Source: Lama guanicoe (Eukaryota). Taken from it: a stretch of 64,000 nucleotides of DNA. Under the pieces are notes generated by a model. That model worked only from the letters and a program-made list of their open reading frames with translations. It was not told the origin of the DNA and did no database searches. The stretch covers positions 188,826-252,825 of the forward strand of contig MU053561.1 in the NCBI GenBank assembly GCA_013239625.1. The letters are read 5' to 3'. Each line of letters begins with the position of its first letter. Position 1 is the first letter of the stretch. The position numbers and the translations under genes are program-made. Positions 28,683 to 41,079 of this stretch are shown here, one piece after another.

Positions 28683-28910
28683 CCATGGTTTCTCATTTCC
28701 CACCACCAGCATCATTCCTTTAGAACAGGAAGACACCTCGAGGACATTTGGCAACATTTGGAGCCATTTTGGGTTGTCACAACTTGGAGGGTGCTACTGG
28801 CATCTAATGGGTAAGGCCAGAGATACTGCTAAAATCCTATAATGCACATGACAGTCTCTGCATCAAAGAATTATCTGGCCCCAAAGTGTCAAATGCTGAG
28901 TTCAGAAAGT
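28683..28910 (+). mobile_element. MER20-like hAT-Charlie DNA transposon
   Basis: ggacatttggcaa...gttgtcacaact...gtgctactggcatctaatgggta...aaagaattatctggcccc. Confidence 0.8.
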
Positions 28911-29601
28911 TTTAATATTGAGCATTTAGTATTGACTCAAGACTACTTTAGTCAATACATACACATTTGTCACATGGAACAGCAAAGTAATGTTCTGTTT
29001 AACATCTATTGATATGCTAACACAGTTCAATGTGTGATATTTGTTATTACCTATTGTTTTATTACTGTTGTTGTTGCCAAGCAAAGATATGTGCCCTAGA
29101 AATGGTCAAGCTGATTTGGGGCTTGTGGTAGGGTGAGAAAATTGAAGCTGTTTTTCTGTCAAACTATGTTACCAAGCCCCAGATTGCTGACACTTCTTCC
29201 AATCTGTTGAAGTAGGTCATGAATAAACTCACAGCAATGCCATTTCCTTTCAGCATGCAGCTCTGTGAATCCCTGATCTCTCTCCATTCAGTTGTTCTTT
29301 CTTTTGACCTCTGTCTCATTACATACATATGAAACAGATTTTTTTTAAAAGTCTGATTTCATTGGCCTCTTTTGGAAACTCCTATAGCTACTATCATCTT
29401 CAAAATGGTAAAAAATTTACTTTGCTCAACAGAATGTTGGAAGAAGAAGAATCCTCATGTGTGAAATATCTGTGATGCTTGGCAGAACATCCAGCTTTCT
29501 TACTTTGTTGGAGAACACTGTGCTTCGCAACATTATGACTCACTGATTTCCATATCATTGTGCATTAGCTTCAAGTACTCAATAAATAATCCTGAAATGA
29601 G

Positions 29602-30005
29602 TTGTATCAGTCACTTTAGGCTAGGTTATGATGGAATAACAAATGGTCCCAGTATCCTAACAACAGGAAAGATTTATTTCTTGTTCATATTGTATGTACA
29701 TCATGGATTGGCAGCTGCCCTGTTTCATCTCTTTCATTCATCATTTAGGCTGAAGAAGAAGGCCCTATTTGGGACATGGTGATGTCATAGCAGGAGAAAA
29801 GAGCAATGATGGAACCATATGATAACTCTTATAGCCTCTGCTCCTAATTGCTCAGAATTAGCACGTGTCACATATGCTGACATTCCACTGGTCAGTGTAG
29901 GTCAATAACCAAGCCAGATGTCAATGGGGCAGAGATGTATATTCTTCCTACAGGCCCCATAGGCAGGGACAGCGAATATTCTGAACAATAATATAATCTA
30001 CCACA
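29602..30005 (-). mobile_element. Old MaLR LTR (MLT1K-like)
   Basis: tgtatcagtc...aggctaggttatg...ataacaaa start; ends aataatataatctaccaca. Confidence 0.65.
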
Positions 30006-31804
30006 GGAGTCTGTCTTTGCCACCAAAGTCATGAACTTCTTTAGAACCAGGGCCTTGGCCTTGAATCACTACTTTTTCAAGAGATTTTTTTTTTTAAATC
30101 AAGAAATGGGGAAGGATATAAAGTGAAAGAGTTGAAGAGGCAAAATTATCAGATTGTAATGACAGGTTTGATGAGGAGCAGAGGTAGATGGCAAATGTCA
30201 AGGAAAAGATAGGAATCAAGGATGACTTCTAGGATTCCAGGACTAAGGAATGATAGTGCCAACAGTTGACGTAGAGAATGGAGAAGGAAAGGAGGTTTAG
30301 AAGAAGAAAGGACAAGCTTTATTTTTACCCAATTAACATGAGGTGTCTTTGGAGCATCCATATAGAAATATACAGTAGACTGTATGAGTGTGGCTCCCAA
30401 GAGAGTCCTGAACTAGAAACAAAGATCTGAGGTTCAATCGCATATAAGTAGTAATAAGTAATAGCCAATATTGATTACATTTATGGAGCACTTACTATGT
30501 CAGGCACTGTGAGAAGCAATTTACATACATTTTCTTTTTAAATTCTCATCATAGCCCTATAAGCTAGTCGGTTTTGTTTATCTTCATTGTGTAGATAAGG
30601 ATATGAAGCCTAAAGAAGTTTTAAAAAGTAAACAGATCTTCGCCCAAGTCTCACAGCTAGGACCCAAGTGCTTTGTGTCCACAATCCACACATTTCAACC
30701 AATCATGCTCTTAGTTGGAACAATGACAGCAAATGAGAACAACCAGGCATCATGGGCAACAAAAAGAGAGTGTCTATTGGAGAGAGTGAATGCAGAGTAC
30801 TTGAAGAGCAGGGCTGGAAAGGCCCACTGATGTTGACAGCTAGGCCCAGTCCCTGACAATATCTCTAACCCCACAGAAGCTTCTATAACCATATGCCCCA
30901 GAATCCCAGGAATAAAATAAGAACAGTCACATGCTAACTTTGGAAACACTAACCTGTTGCTGGTTTGCTCTCTTTGAAATCTGCCTCCAGAGTCTGCCTT
31001 GACTTTTTGACCTGTTTGAGTGGGCCTTTGTTTCTGGGTCTTGGTGACCTGACTTGTGGACTCTGTATCTGTGTGTTCATGTCTGAGATTCAGGCCTCGT
31101 CTCTCAGCTTAGGAAACTCAGCCTTACATCACATGCTTACTCTTGGTTACTACCTACTCCCAACTTGAGGGAGTAAGATCAGAGACTGTCCCTTAATCCA
31201 CAAGACTGTGTCTCCTGCTAATTCTCTGCAACTCAGCTTCCAGAATTGAAATGAGGAGTGTGGTTTCAGATGATGGGTGCTTTATCTGCTCTGTAGATGT
31301 GTAGGTGCAAATTGCTGACAATGGAGGTGCTGGCTTTGAGGTCACAGGTTGCTGCTCAGACCTTGCCAAGTCTTGCAATACCTGTTGTCAGAGCAGGCTC
31401 TCTGTCTTCAGATGAGCCCTCTCAGTTGCCATGCTTTTTAATCCAGCTGTAACAGTTTATGGAGATACGAGGTTTGTTCTTGGGGACAAAAGGACACTTA
31501 CGTAGATGGGACTTCTCACATCTGCTGGGAAAGCAGGATGCTGTAAAGCTGTTCAACTATCGTCTGGAAGGCCACACTATGGATACTACTGGGAATTTCT
31601 CATAGCCATGACTGATTGTTAAGAGCCCTTGATGTCCATGGAGTGTCCAGCTACAACATTAGAGTGGGTAAATATCCAGATCTGTCCCACTTCCAGTGAC
31701 TTGAACTGCAGTGGAGCCCCTCTGAATTAATAGTGCAAGAATCCGCCAGCATCTCTGCTCTTTGTGTTCATTTGGAGGCCCTTCCATGACCACATTCCCT
31801 ACTG

Positions 31805-31986
31805 AGGGTTGCCAGCTTTATTGAATAAAATTATAAACATCCAGTTAAATTTGAATTCACATAAATAACAAGTACATTTTTTTTTAGTATGTGTCACACA
31901 GCATCTGGGATATACTTATATAGTTATTCATTATTTATCTGAAGCTCAAATTCAACTAGATGTCCTGTATTTTATCTGGCAATCCT
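31805..31986. mobile_element. MER53 hAT MITE inside the TLR pseudogene
   Basis: Terminal inverted repeats agggttgccag...ctggcaatcct; internal palindromic ccagttaaatttgaatt / aaattcaactag; ~180 bp. Confidence 0.85.
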
Positions 31987-32724
31987 ATGGGCACCACAAT
32001 GCCCATCACCTGAGACTCCATAGGAATTCATAGGCCTTGGGATCCATTGGTCCTCCACTTATCCCACGAGGGCCCCGGGGAACTTTGTGAAGAAGAAAAG
32101 CAGAGAACTGGACCTCTGCTAGGACTACTGGGGTCCTGATCCTGTCTGGTCTGTTCAAGCTCCTGGGGCAGCTCTGGGGGGATCCATGAAGACCTTCTGA
32201 GTGCCTATAACCTTGGTTGCCTTCCACCAGCTGCATTTGGAAGATGAAGAGTGAAAGATGACTTTTTAGAAGTGTCTAGACAGTTTGTAGAGACCACAAT
32301 GTCCCTTGATCTATGGCAGCACCAAATGATCTGTGTCCTGTATGAGTTTCTAGAGGATGTTTTTTGCACTTCCTGGGCAATGTCTCAATATACCTCGAAC
32401 ACCTCCACACATACGCTGCCCAACTATATCTCATATAATCCTCTACTCCAGCAATCTGGGGTTACCTGATACATCAGCACCTTCAAAACAGTCTCCAGAC
32501 AACTCCAATTTGGTGTAGCCAGGGGTCTGGGATTCTGGAGTGAGAGTGCCCTGGTCACTTGAAGACAACTAGACATTCCAACATATGCTTGATAGCATTT
32601 TGTTCTTCTCTGTGTAAGTGACCTAGTAATGACCTCCTAAAAAGAGAAGGAAGTTGGCCTGATGTGCTGAGCTTGACGCTATTTTTCAGGCAACCTAACA
32701 CTCCGAGCTTCACTCCTGCCCCAC

Positions 32725-32996
32725 TATAGCACTAGTAGGCACTTAATATGTGCCAGACACTCTTCTACATTGAATTGATTAATGTAGAACTTGTACTGAT
32801 AAATTCAATGCTCATAGTAACCCTATGAGGTATGTGCTGTTATCATTGCTGTTTCACAGATGAGGAAACTGAGATGAAAGATAAAGTAATTCTTCTAAGG
32901 TCACACAGGTTAAAAAGTTTCTAAGAAGTGAAAGCTGGGATTTGGATATGGGTAATATAGCTCCAGAGTCTGTCCTGTTAACCTGTGTGCCAACTC
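32725..32996 (-). mobile_element. MIR SINE inside the TLR pseudogene
   Basis: gcacttaatatgtgccag...aaccctatgaggta...acagatgaggaaactgag...aaggtcacacag...gctgggattt...ctccagagtc. Confidence 0.85.
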
Positions 32997-34249
32997 TAGG
33001 CAGCCCAGACCCATCTTGGTTCAACCTTACTGTTGGGATCAGTGCTGCCAACACCAGTGCTCCTGACCAAGGAGGGCCCTATCCTTCCCTCCATCATCTC
33101 CATTTGGGAAGAGGAATGGCTTGTTGTGACAATGTCTTCAAGGCCTGGAGTGTCTAATGCACGATAGTGAGATCAGTCTGCAGTAGCCCGGAGCAGCCAG
33201 TACAAATCTGGAAGCTAAGCTCATGCCGTGCGAGGTGCGTGCCTCATCTTACTAGCTTTGGGCACTCTATCAGCTACACACCCAGCAATGGAACCGCAGA
33301 GCAGATGGTCTCTATTGGAAGCCTGGGTACAAGGGGCAGCAGAGAGACTCAAACTTGGAAGAGTCTGGTTTGAGTATTTCACAGTCATTCAGCCCAAATC
33401 ATCTTTCAGACATCTACTTGTGGTCCTAATTCAGATCCAGGGTCTCTTGGGAGTAACTCAGAGGGTGAGAAATAATAGGAAGGCCTCTATAAGAGTACAG
33501 CAGTGCACATCCTACCAGAAAGGCCTGAATGCAGCATCAGCTCAGCTATCATGTGTTCCTCTACTAAAACACAATATGTGGCCCTCTCCAACATGATTCG
33601 TTCTGGTACTCTACAACAACAGCACTTAGACCTCTAGCAAAAATAACCTGGGCTTCCTGAAGAGCAGCTGTGACTCCTTCTGATCCTCACACATCTGTGG
33701 GACTCCCATCTTTGGTCTGCCCCTCTTGCTCAGTCATGACTCTGTCCTGGCAATGACAGCTTTATAAGAAGGCATGCTTCCCTCCCTGCATCACTCCTTC
33801 ATCCACTCCAGCCACTTGCACCCTGATGGGTAAAAGGGAGTTCCTGCTTCCATGATCTGTCAAAGCACTGCTTTCCAACCAGAGCCCTTGGGCCTATCAG
33901 GTCCTAGATATGTGACCCAAGATTAGCACTCAAGGAATATCTGCATTCTTCTACTGCCCACAGACAACTGACTGCTCTGACTAGTGTCACTGCCACAGAT
34001 TTTGCTTGCAGAATTCATTGTTACTGCTTTTCTGTGCAACACTGTTTTTCATTCTTCCTATTTTTTTGCACTTTGCATCGATGCTCCAGCAGCTAGAAAG
34101 TACCTAGGAAGGTAAGCACCACCTTGAAGGAACCTTGAGTAGACCAAGTTCTGGCTGGCAGCAGCCTTCAGAAAGAAGGATGCCATCTAATTCTCCCCCA
34201 GCACATCCATTCTACTGACCTAATGTGAAAGCTGGAGGATTACTGATAA

Positions 34250-34495
34250 TAATAACATCACGAGCAATAGGAGGTATCATTTCTTGAGCACTCACTGTGG
34301 GGGCAGATACTGCGCTATGCGTTTTGCATCTATTTTCTCATTTAATCCTCACAACAGTGCAATGATGAGGATACCATTTTACCTCCAATTTATAGCTGAG
34401 AAAACTGACTTGCCACAGATCACATGATGAGTAAGTGACAGAGCCAAATTTCAAACTCCAGTTAATCTAAAGCCTGGGCATTCAGCCACTCTGCT
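34250..34495 (-). mobile_element. MIR SINE
   Basis: tctcatttaatcctcacaac...gatcacatgatgagtaagtgacagagcc. Confidence 0.75.
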
Positions 34496-36399
34496 GTCAT
34501 TGTCATATATCAGCTGACTTCCTCCATGCCCAATCTCCCAACTTCTTCTATTCTTTTCTCTGCTCCTAAATCTCCCAGCCACAACCCCAATGATGAGGGG
34601 GAATAAAAACACGAACTGTATTCCTAGGAGGAAGCAGACTCATTATGACACTGTGACTGACCTCAGCAACTGGACCATGGGAAAGAGTGAGAGCACAAGG
34701 AATTGTTTTAATTTGGCCCTTTGAAACAGGGACCCTACTCGAAGTAATGAGGGGGTTATTACAACTACTTTCTTGTTTTATTCACTGATGGATCCCAAAC
34801 AGCAAGAGCCATGTTAGCAAGTAGTAGGTGTCTTGACAAATATTAGCAAGGAATCCAGGAAGTTGGGGTTGGCCCCCTGAAAAACACAGAAACCTTAGTA
34901 AATCTGGGTGGCAGGAACTCAGCTGCTAGCAGGGCCAGGTGACAATCTTTGGAATAGTGGTGTACCACTTCCGAGTTACTGTTTGCAAGTTTGCTTCCTT
35001 TCCCCCTATTCCAACCAATAAATTCTATTTACTTTCACGTATTTTTTTCTATGGAGTAATTGCAGCTTATTCATAAATTCTGCTTTCTTATCATACTGTT
35101 CTGCTTCCTCATAGATTTTGTTATATGACCCTCCATGGCCACCACTCCATTGTATAGCATCCTTTCAACTTGTTTCCACGGCTAACTGCCCCATCATCTC
35201 CATGTTTCCCAATTCAAATCCCAGAAGGAGAGAATCTGATTCACCAAACTCATCTTTTCCATTCAAGCCCTGGTTTTTGGAGGGGCAGCCCTAATGTCAG
35301 GGGCCAATTCCTGGTCCAATCAGGAGCCATCCCTGGGTAAAGAAAAATCTAGCTCTGCTTCTCAGAGCAGGGGGCTGTGGGTGGGGCAGTTTCATCTTGA
35401 AGAGGAAGTTGGGTGTGGCAGGCACTTTGTTGACATATCCAGTATAGGAGTGCTCCTGGGAGCCCATCTCTCATCTCTGAAAAGTAACTTTGTAAGTTAG
35501 GACTTTTCATCAGGTATTCCCAGGAACACCCAGTTGAATGCAGCTGGTAACATGCTGAGTTTGGAATTCCTCTTGGCCTGCCATCTCTTTGCACTCTTCC
35601 TTCTGGGACTACCTTGGTTTGTCAACTTATTACCTGTTTGGAATTGGCTTTTTCTGGACTCTCTCCTACTTAGGTAAGTTGGCTTCTAACTAGACTGCTT
35701 GACTCTTGGACAAGGTGAGTGTTTGGATTCAACTTTGGTTCTGGATCATGCTTTCAGCTTGGATGAAATGGCTTCATGTCTTGTTCCCTTGTCCCCTCCC
35801 TTCTACTCAAATTCACTTTGCTCCAAGTTATCATTTACCTGAGGGTGCCTTTCCTTCCAAGCCCACCAACATTCCTAAGGGAATGACATTAAGAAATAGT
35901 TGGTGGCTTCCGTAAGAGCAATTTTAGAGGAATGGTTGAGGCAGAAACCAGATAGAAGCAAGTTGAGGAAGTGGAAATAGTGAGTATAGACTACTCTTCT
36001 GAGAAGCTTAGATGAAAAGGAGGGGAAGAAACAACTACATGTCAAGAGTTGTTTGTGTGTTTTTTAATTTTAAGAGTTTGCTTCTGTTTACATAAATTTG
36101 TAAAACATTTTGAAAAAATAAAAATTATAAAGAATAAATTTATAATTCCCCATAATTCAGCTACCTACCTAATTATGATAGTTACTCATTTTGCTAGTCA
36201 CTTTATAAATACTGTTTCTATTTACTGTGCAGTACAAAGTCCCAAATGGACCAAAATTAAGACAGACTCATCTGTGATGTGGTGTAAGATGATACCCCTT
36301 CCCCTCAAGCAATAATTGGCATCCATTGATTTACAAAAGGCCAAGCGTTTGCTGGAGGAAAAACTCAAAACTCTGGCTTCAGGAGGGTTTTAGTCCTGC

Positions 36400-36597
36400 A
36401 TAGACATGTCTGGGGGGGTTGACAGATGGCTGGTAAAGTGGTGCTCCCAGGGAGAGCACAGCCTGTTGAGGAAGGAGTCTGCAATGGTAAGGCTGAGTTT
36501 TAGTCCTGGAAGGCCATGGCCAGTCTGGCTTCTACGTGGCATGGCCCAACTCAGCTCCCTTGTGTGTGTCTTCCCAGAAGAAAACAAAGAAGGGCCT
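36400..36597 (-). pseudogene. Fossil exon: C-type lectin domain, C-terminal half
   Basis: Acceptor ctttctattacacag|; FFWEDTHKGAELGHAT*KPDWP (cf. FxWxDG...WxPGxP, TAG from TGG), YHC, then shifted STTLPAICQ (cf. LPFICQ). Confidence 0.55.
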
Positions 36598-37880
36598 CTG
36601 TGTAATAGAAAGGGCCATTTTATGAAACTCTGAAATGCCCTAGGGCCTATCACCCGGTAGGAAACTGAGTGTAGCATCCAGGAAAAGAGCTTTTCCTTTC
36701 TCACTTTTAAAGAGGATGCTGACAGGCATCCCAGAGGCTACCCAGCCCTAAATTTCCCACAAAACTAGCACCATGGGGTCAGATGTGGTGGCAGAAAAAG
36801 TTTTTGTCTAACTCTCAGCAAGGTAACGCTAGCTGACTTGGGTCAGTTCAGTAACACTTTACCTTGAGGCTTAATGCTGAAAAAATGGACTCTCTTACTT
36901 CCTGTTTTTCAAAAGCATCGTTGACTAGGGGAACCATGCAGGGCTCTGAATGAGGCACGGGGGTGGGCTTCCAGATCTCTGTGGTGCTGGTAGAGCCAGC
37001 ATCAGGGAGTCAGGCTGAGCTAATTGCAACAACAAATGATGGCAGGACTGATTTAAGAACACACGTGAGATCTGCCCACTAATGACTCAACACCTTCTCA
37101 ATGAAAGTGTTTAACAAACAACACCTTCATACCCTGGATAAAACTGAACATTCCCCCCCACTGCCCTACCCCCTAGTACCACCCACCCTAGCCTTTTCTC
37201 CACAGCATTTATCACCATTTCACGTACCATAATTTTTCTTATTTCTTCTACTTCTTAAAAAAAAAACTGTCTTTTTTCCCCTGCTCTAGAATGTAAACCC
37301 CATGAAAGTAGTGTCCAGGTCTCTGTGTTTACTGCTGTGTCCCCAGAGCCTAGATCAGTGACTGGCACAGAATATTCAAAAATAGTCATTGAGCTCATCC
37401 ATTTTGTAAGTTTCCCAAGTATTTGAGAAACTGTTAAGATTTTTAACTAGCATCCGGATTCATAGCCTGAGGGAACCATGAATATGTGCTTACATTTATT
37501 ATAACCCTGTAAGGTACATGCAATAATATGCCTATTTTACATATGAGGAAATTGGGGATTAAAGCAAAAGCAATTTGCCCCAAGCCCTATAGATGAATAA
37601 GGGCCAAAGTCAGTATAAACTGGTATAATAAGTAAGAAGACCATGTATTGTTAAAGCTGAGACAAGAGCTCACAGAAGCTTTAATTGATACAGTAGAAAT
37701 GTGAAGAGAAAAAAAGAGTTGGAAAAGAAACTGTGAAGAGTGATTAGAAATATGGGAGACAGAATTCAGTGTAGTACTAGAAGCAGCCCATAAAAATCAA
37801 AGAAGTAGAGGGGAATTTTTTCTAAGCGGGAGGTGACTTCAATTTCTTTCAGGAAAAAAAAAAATTCAGTCCTTGCAAGA

Positions 37881-38023
37881 GGGGAGGGAATAGCTCAGTG
37901 ATAGAGTGCATGCTTAGCATGCACAAGGTCCTGGGTTCAATCCCCAGTATCTCCATTAAAAATAAATAAATAAACCTAATTAATTCCCCCCCTCCACAAC
38001 ATACACACACACACACACACCAC
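37881..38023 (+). mobile_element. tRNA-derived camelid SINE (Vic-1-like) with (CA)n tail and TSD
   Basis: ggggagggaatagctcagtgatagagtgcatgcttagcatgcacaaggtcctgggttcaatccccagtatctcca; flanked by aaaaattcagtccttgca and aaaaatttaagtccttgca. Confidence 0.92.
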
Positions 38024-38379
38024 AAAAAATTTAAGTCCTTGCAGATTTGAATATATTTATGGTAAACTTATATTAATGTGGATTTCATGCTTGGATTTTA
38101 ACTGCAAAACAGATGACAGTAAAATACCTTGTGGCAAAAAGAGTCAAAATTGTGTCATAACATGGAAAAGATTCTGGCAATAGTGTCCAAGGAATGAGTC
38201 AGGAAGCAGTGCAAAGCCTTAGGGAGAAGGGATTCTTAACATTAAGACAAGGGGTTGTTAATCATGAGGTTCCTGAGCAATATAAGAGATCCTTGAACCA
38301 GGCCATGGCTTAGGGAAAAGGAACAGTAGGACCCAGGTGAGAAGGGCAAGACACCTCTACCTTCCCCCTCACCCCTGGC

Positions 38380-38575
38380 CCATCAGCTGGTGTTGCAGAC
38401 TATGTTGTGATCCTCACAGGAGTTCTGGAAGGGGAACTGAGGTCCGATGACTGGATCAGAAGGGCCAGCTAGGATGGTCGGTCACACGTGGTGAGAGACA
38501 GGTAGGGAAACTGAGAAGTAATGCGTAGAAGAAGCCTCAAAGGGCAGAATCCATCCCAAGTTACACTGGATACTG
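38380..38575 (-). pseudogene. Possible fossil exon: C-type lectin N-terminal half
   Basis: QCNLGWILPFEASSTHYFS (cf. CxxGWxxFxxxCYxF), later QNSCEDHN; splice sites not clear. Confidence 0.35.
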
Positions 38576-38699
38576 GCTCTGGGGGTGGCAGTGTATTTGT
38601 TCAGTCAATATTTACTGAGTGCTCTTTATACGTCAGGCACTGTGCCAGGCATTGGGCTAGGTGCTGGGAATCTAGATCCTAACAAACTATTTTCTGATT

Positions 38700-38855
38700 T
38701 CTCCCCTCTCTCCCGGGGAAAGAACTGGAATGACATCTGGCTCTCATTGGCAGAAGGACTGGGCAGGGCTGCATCTGCAAGAGGCTGACATCGGCTTGGG
38801 TAGAGGGGTCAGGCTGGGGACAGCACGGCCTGGCTGAGACAATACTTATATTGTC
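38700..38855 (-). pseudogene. Possible fossil exon: discoidin domain C-terminus
   Basis: Acceptor catttccag|; DNISIVS...P...LLQMQP...MR (weak match to DxxxIV...P...RIxP...LR). Confidence 0.35.
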
Positions 38856-39114
38856 CTGGAAATGCATGTTTAGTTTCTGTGCTCAACTTGGTGTTATTTA
38901 TTGATGTTTGATAAACAAATCAACCACTTTATGCTTTCTTATAAGTAATTTATAGATATACACTTATGACTTTTGGGTTGGGGGGAAAGGGGACTTATGG
39001 CTTTCAGTCCTAAAAACGCAGTGTACCTAATTGCTGGGCTTAATAATCACCTAAAACAAATGTAGTTCAAATCACTCAATAGAAGCAGCAGCAAGTAGGG
39101 GAAAGGGCATAATC

Positions 39115-39400
39115 CATCACCCCTTTATTACATGGCCAAACCATAAATCACAGTGAGGAGACCACGGTAGAGTGGAGGGATTTTAAATCACAGCAAAGGT
39201 AGAGGTCAGTGCACAGATACTCTGGAGAGATGATCCCACCATTAACACCCGAAGACACAACATTTGGTAACCACTTAACTCGTAAGAACAACCTGGCAAT
39301 AAACTTCGCAAGTTAGGGTGTGTGCCCCATTTTACTCAGCCTGCAAGTAGGCCTATGAGATCACTCCTGTTTTCCATGGTAAGAGTTTTCCTCTTACATA
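39115..39400 (-). pseudogene. Fossil exon: F5/8-type-C (discoidin) domain N-terminal part
   Basis: Acceptor ttcttcaattcccttgcag|; CKRKTLTMEN / GVIS*AYLQA / FIARLFLRVKWLP...PEYLCTDL / TVIYGLAM**RG, matching CxxPLGMExGxI..QIxA..ARL....WxP...EYLQxDL....ITGIxTQG. Confidence 0.7.
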
Positions 39401-40494
39401 CTGCAAGGGAATTGAAGAAACAGAGCTGGTGTAATCAACAACTCTAGTTCTTTGATTTATTAAATAGTATGGAGATAAGTACCCAATTATTTGCCATTGT
39501 GGAATGTGTTTTCCCTAGTAACACTTGTAAGATTTCTATAATAGTCTAACTCTGTCTCTCTCTCCACCCCCTGCCCCCATACAGACCACAAACTCCTATA
39601 CGGCATGTAGCCCAGTGTCTTTTCTATAACTGGAACTCAAATTACATCAATTGGAAAAAAAAAATGTTTCACTGGTAGAAAAAGAGGGGAAAGAAAAGGA
39701 GAACAAACAAGAGGAGGAGCCAAAATGAAAATTCACTTTTGAACCACGTTTAATTTTGGCTGTATGATTATAGGTATGAATTTAGCTGAAAAAACTTCAA
39801 TCTCTGCTTTAACGTAAACAATGAGGATTCTAGGAGTCAGATTTTTTTAGGAGCTTCTTTTAAAAGTTTTTAGACCTGTGGTCTGTCTTATTTCAGTCTA
39901 GGCCATTCATTGCTACAAAGAATTTTAAAGTGGAATCAATCAGTGTAATTCAATCTTAACATTTATTAAGTGCCTACTCTATGCCAGGCACTTTTCTAAC
40001 CATTTTATATTGTTAAGTCATCAAACTCTATGAGGCAGGTATCATTATTGTTTCTATATTATGAGGAAATTGAGGCCCAGAGAGAAACTTGCCCAAGATC
40101 TCACAGCTAGTGAGTGACAAAGTCAGGATTCCCGCCCAGACAGTCTGACTCTGGAGGCCACGCTGGCAGCCACCGCACCAGGTAAGCTCTGCAGACGGTT
40201 TTCCCAGAATGCACCTCCGAGTGACTGGTTTGTCAAACAACTTTTAGATGCTTAAGTGTTTGGTACCCATTTGTTAGATGATCACCTATTCCCCTTTGAA
40301 ATTTGTTAACTTTGTCTCTAAAAGCAACAAGCTTTGTTTTTAAAATCATCTTTCTCTGCCCTCTTTTCCAAGAGGTAGTTGTTTGGCTAGTAACCTTTTA
40401 AGAAACAAAATAAACGTAGAGTTTTGTGAGGATAAATGGTGGAAGGCCATTCTTACATGAGCTGGGCCAGCATTCCAGACCCTGGTTTTTGTTG

Positions 40495-40745
40495 TTTATT
40501 TTTATTGAAGTATAGTTGATTCACAATATCATATTAGTTTCAGGTGTGCAATATAGTGATTCATTTTTTTATAGATTAATAGTTATTATAAAATATTGGC
40601 TGTATTCCCTGTGCTGTAAAATGTAGCCTTGTAGCTTATTTGTTTTATTTTACACATAGTAATTTATAGTTCTTAATCCCCTATCCTTATCTTGCCCCAT
40701 CCCTGCTTTCCTTCTCCTGGTTGGGAAACACTAGTTTTTCTCTAT
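40495..40745 (-). mobile_element. L1 3' end (artiodactyl/L1MA9-like)
   Basis: ttttattgaagtatagttgattcacaat...gtttcaggtgtgcaatatagtgattca...tattccctgtgctgta. Confidence 0.75.
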
Positions 40746-41079
40746 GACCAGAACCTTGAAACCTTGAAACCTTTTTAACAGGTTTCAATTGCTAGCATGT
40801 GAAGGCAACCTGCATACTAATGAAAAAGATCATAAAGTTGTTTATTTATATGCATTAAAGCCTTTCTATATAACAAAAGGTACCTTTCACTTTTGTTATC
40901 TGCTGTTTTTCTTGTCAGTATACAATTCCCTCTCATTTCTCCCAGGTTTGATAACTGATGCTATTTTAGCATTTCAGTAAATCTCATCACACTATTTTCT
41001 CTAGGTTCTGCTAGGACTATGATGGGGACGAGAAACTCATATGGAGTGACAACATTTCTCTTTCCCACTGTTATTTCTT

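Larger units (their letters stand above)
31200..34190 (+). pseudogene. Heavily decayed intronless Toll-like receptor pseudogene, TLR11/TLR12-like
   Basis: Collinear fragments across stops and frameshifts: signal-like RLCLLLILCNS (31203); SDLAKS..EQALCLQ (31356-31411); LRR pieces LRRWDFSH, DLSHFQ*LELQW, HHLRLHRN, RELDL (32102), LSAYNLGCLPPAAF (32197), SLDLWQHQM (32302), ISYNPLL (32428), GFW (32530), YPSLHHLHL; LRRCT-like VHILPERPEC..STKT and LGFLKSSC; TIR pieces SFIHSSH/WVK/EFLLP (33795-33852), SRNICILL (33930), SD*C (33976, TAG from TGG), LLLLF, RKYL (34095), KFWLAAAFRKKDAI* (34146-34190). Confidence 0.8.

Noticed and set aside
31240..31310. Ig V-set/EWI-like motif RIEMRSVVSDDGCFICSV
   Set aside because: Downstream fragments are LRR and TIR, not Ig; better explained as the Cys-containing N-terminus of the TLR fossil.
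33228..33596. 122-aa ORF that looks like a secreted peptide (MRGACLILLALG...)
   Set aside because: Starts at GTG and corresponds to a surviving frame of the TLR pseudogene's late LRRs.
37881..37955. tRNA gene
   Set aside because: The tRNA-like head is followed by a SINE tail and flanked by TSDs, so it is a SINE.
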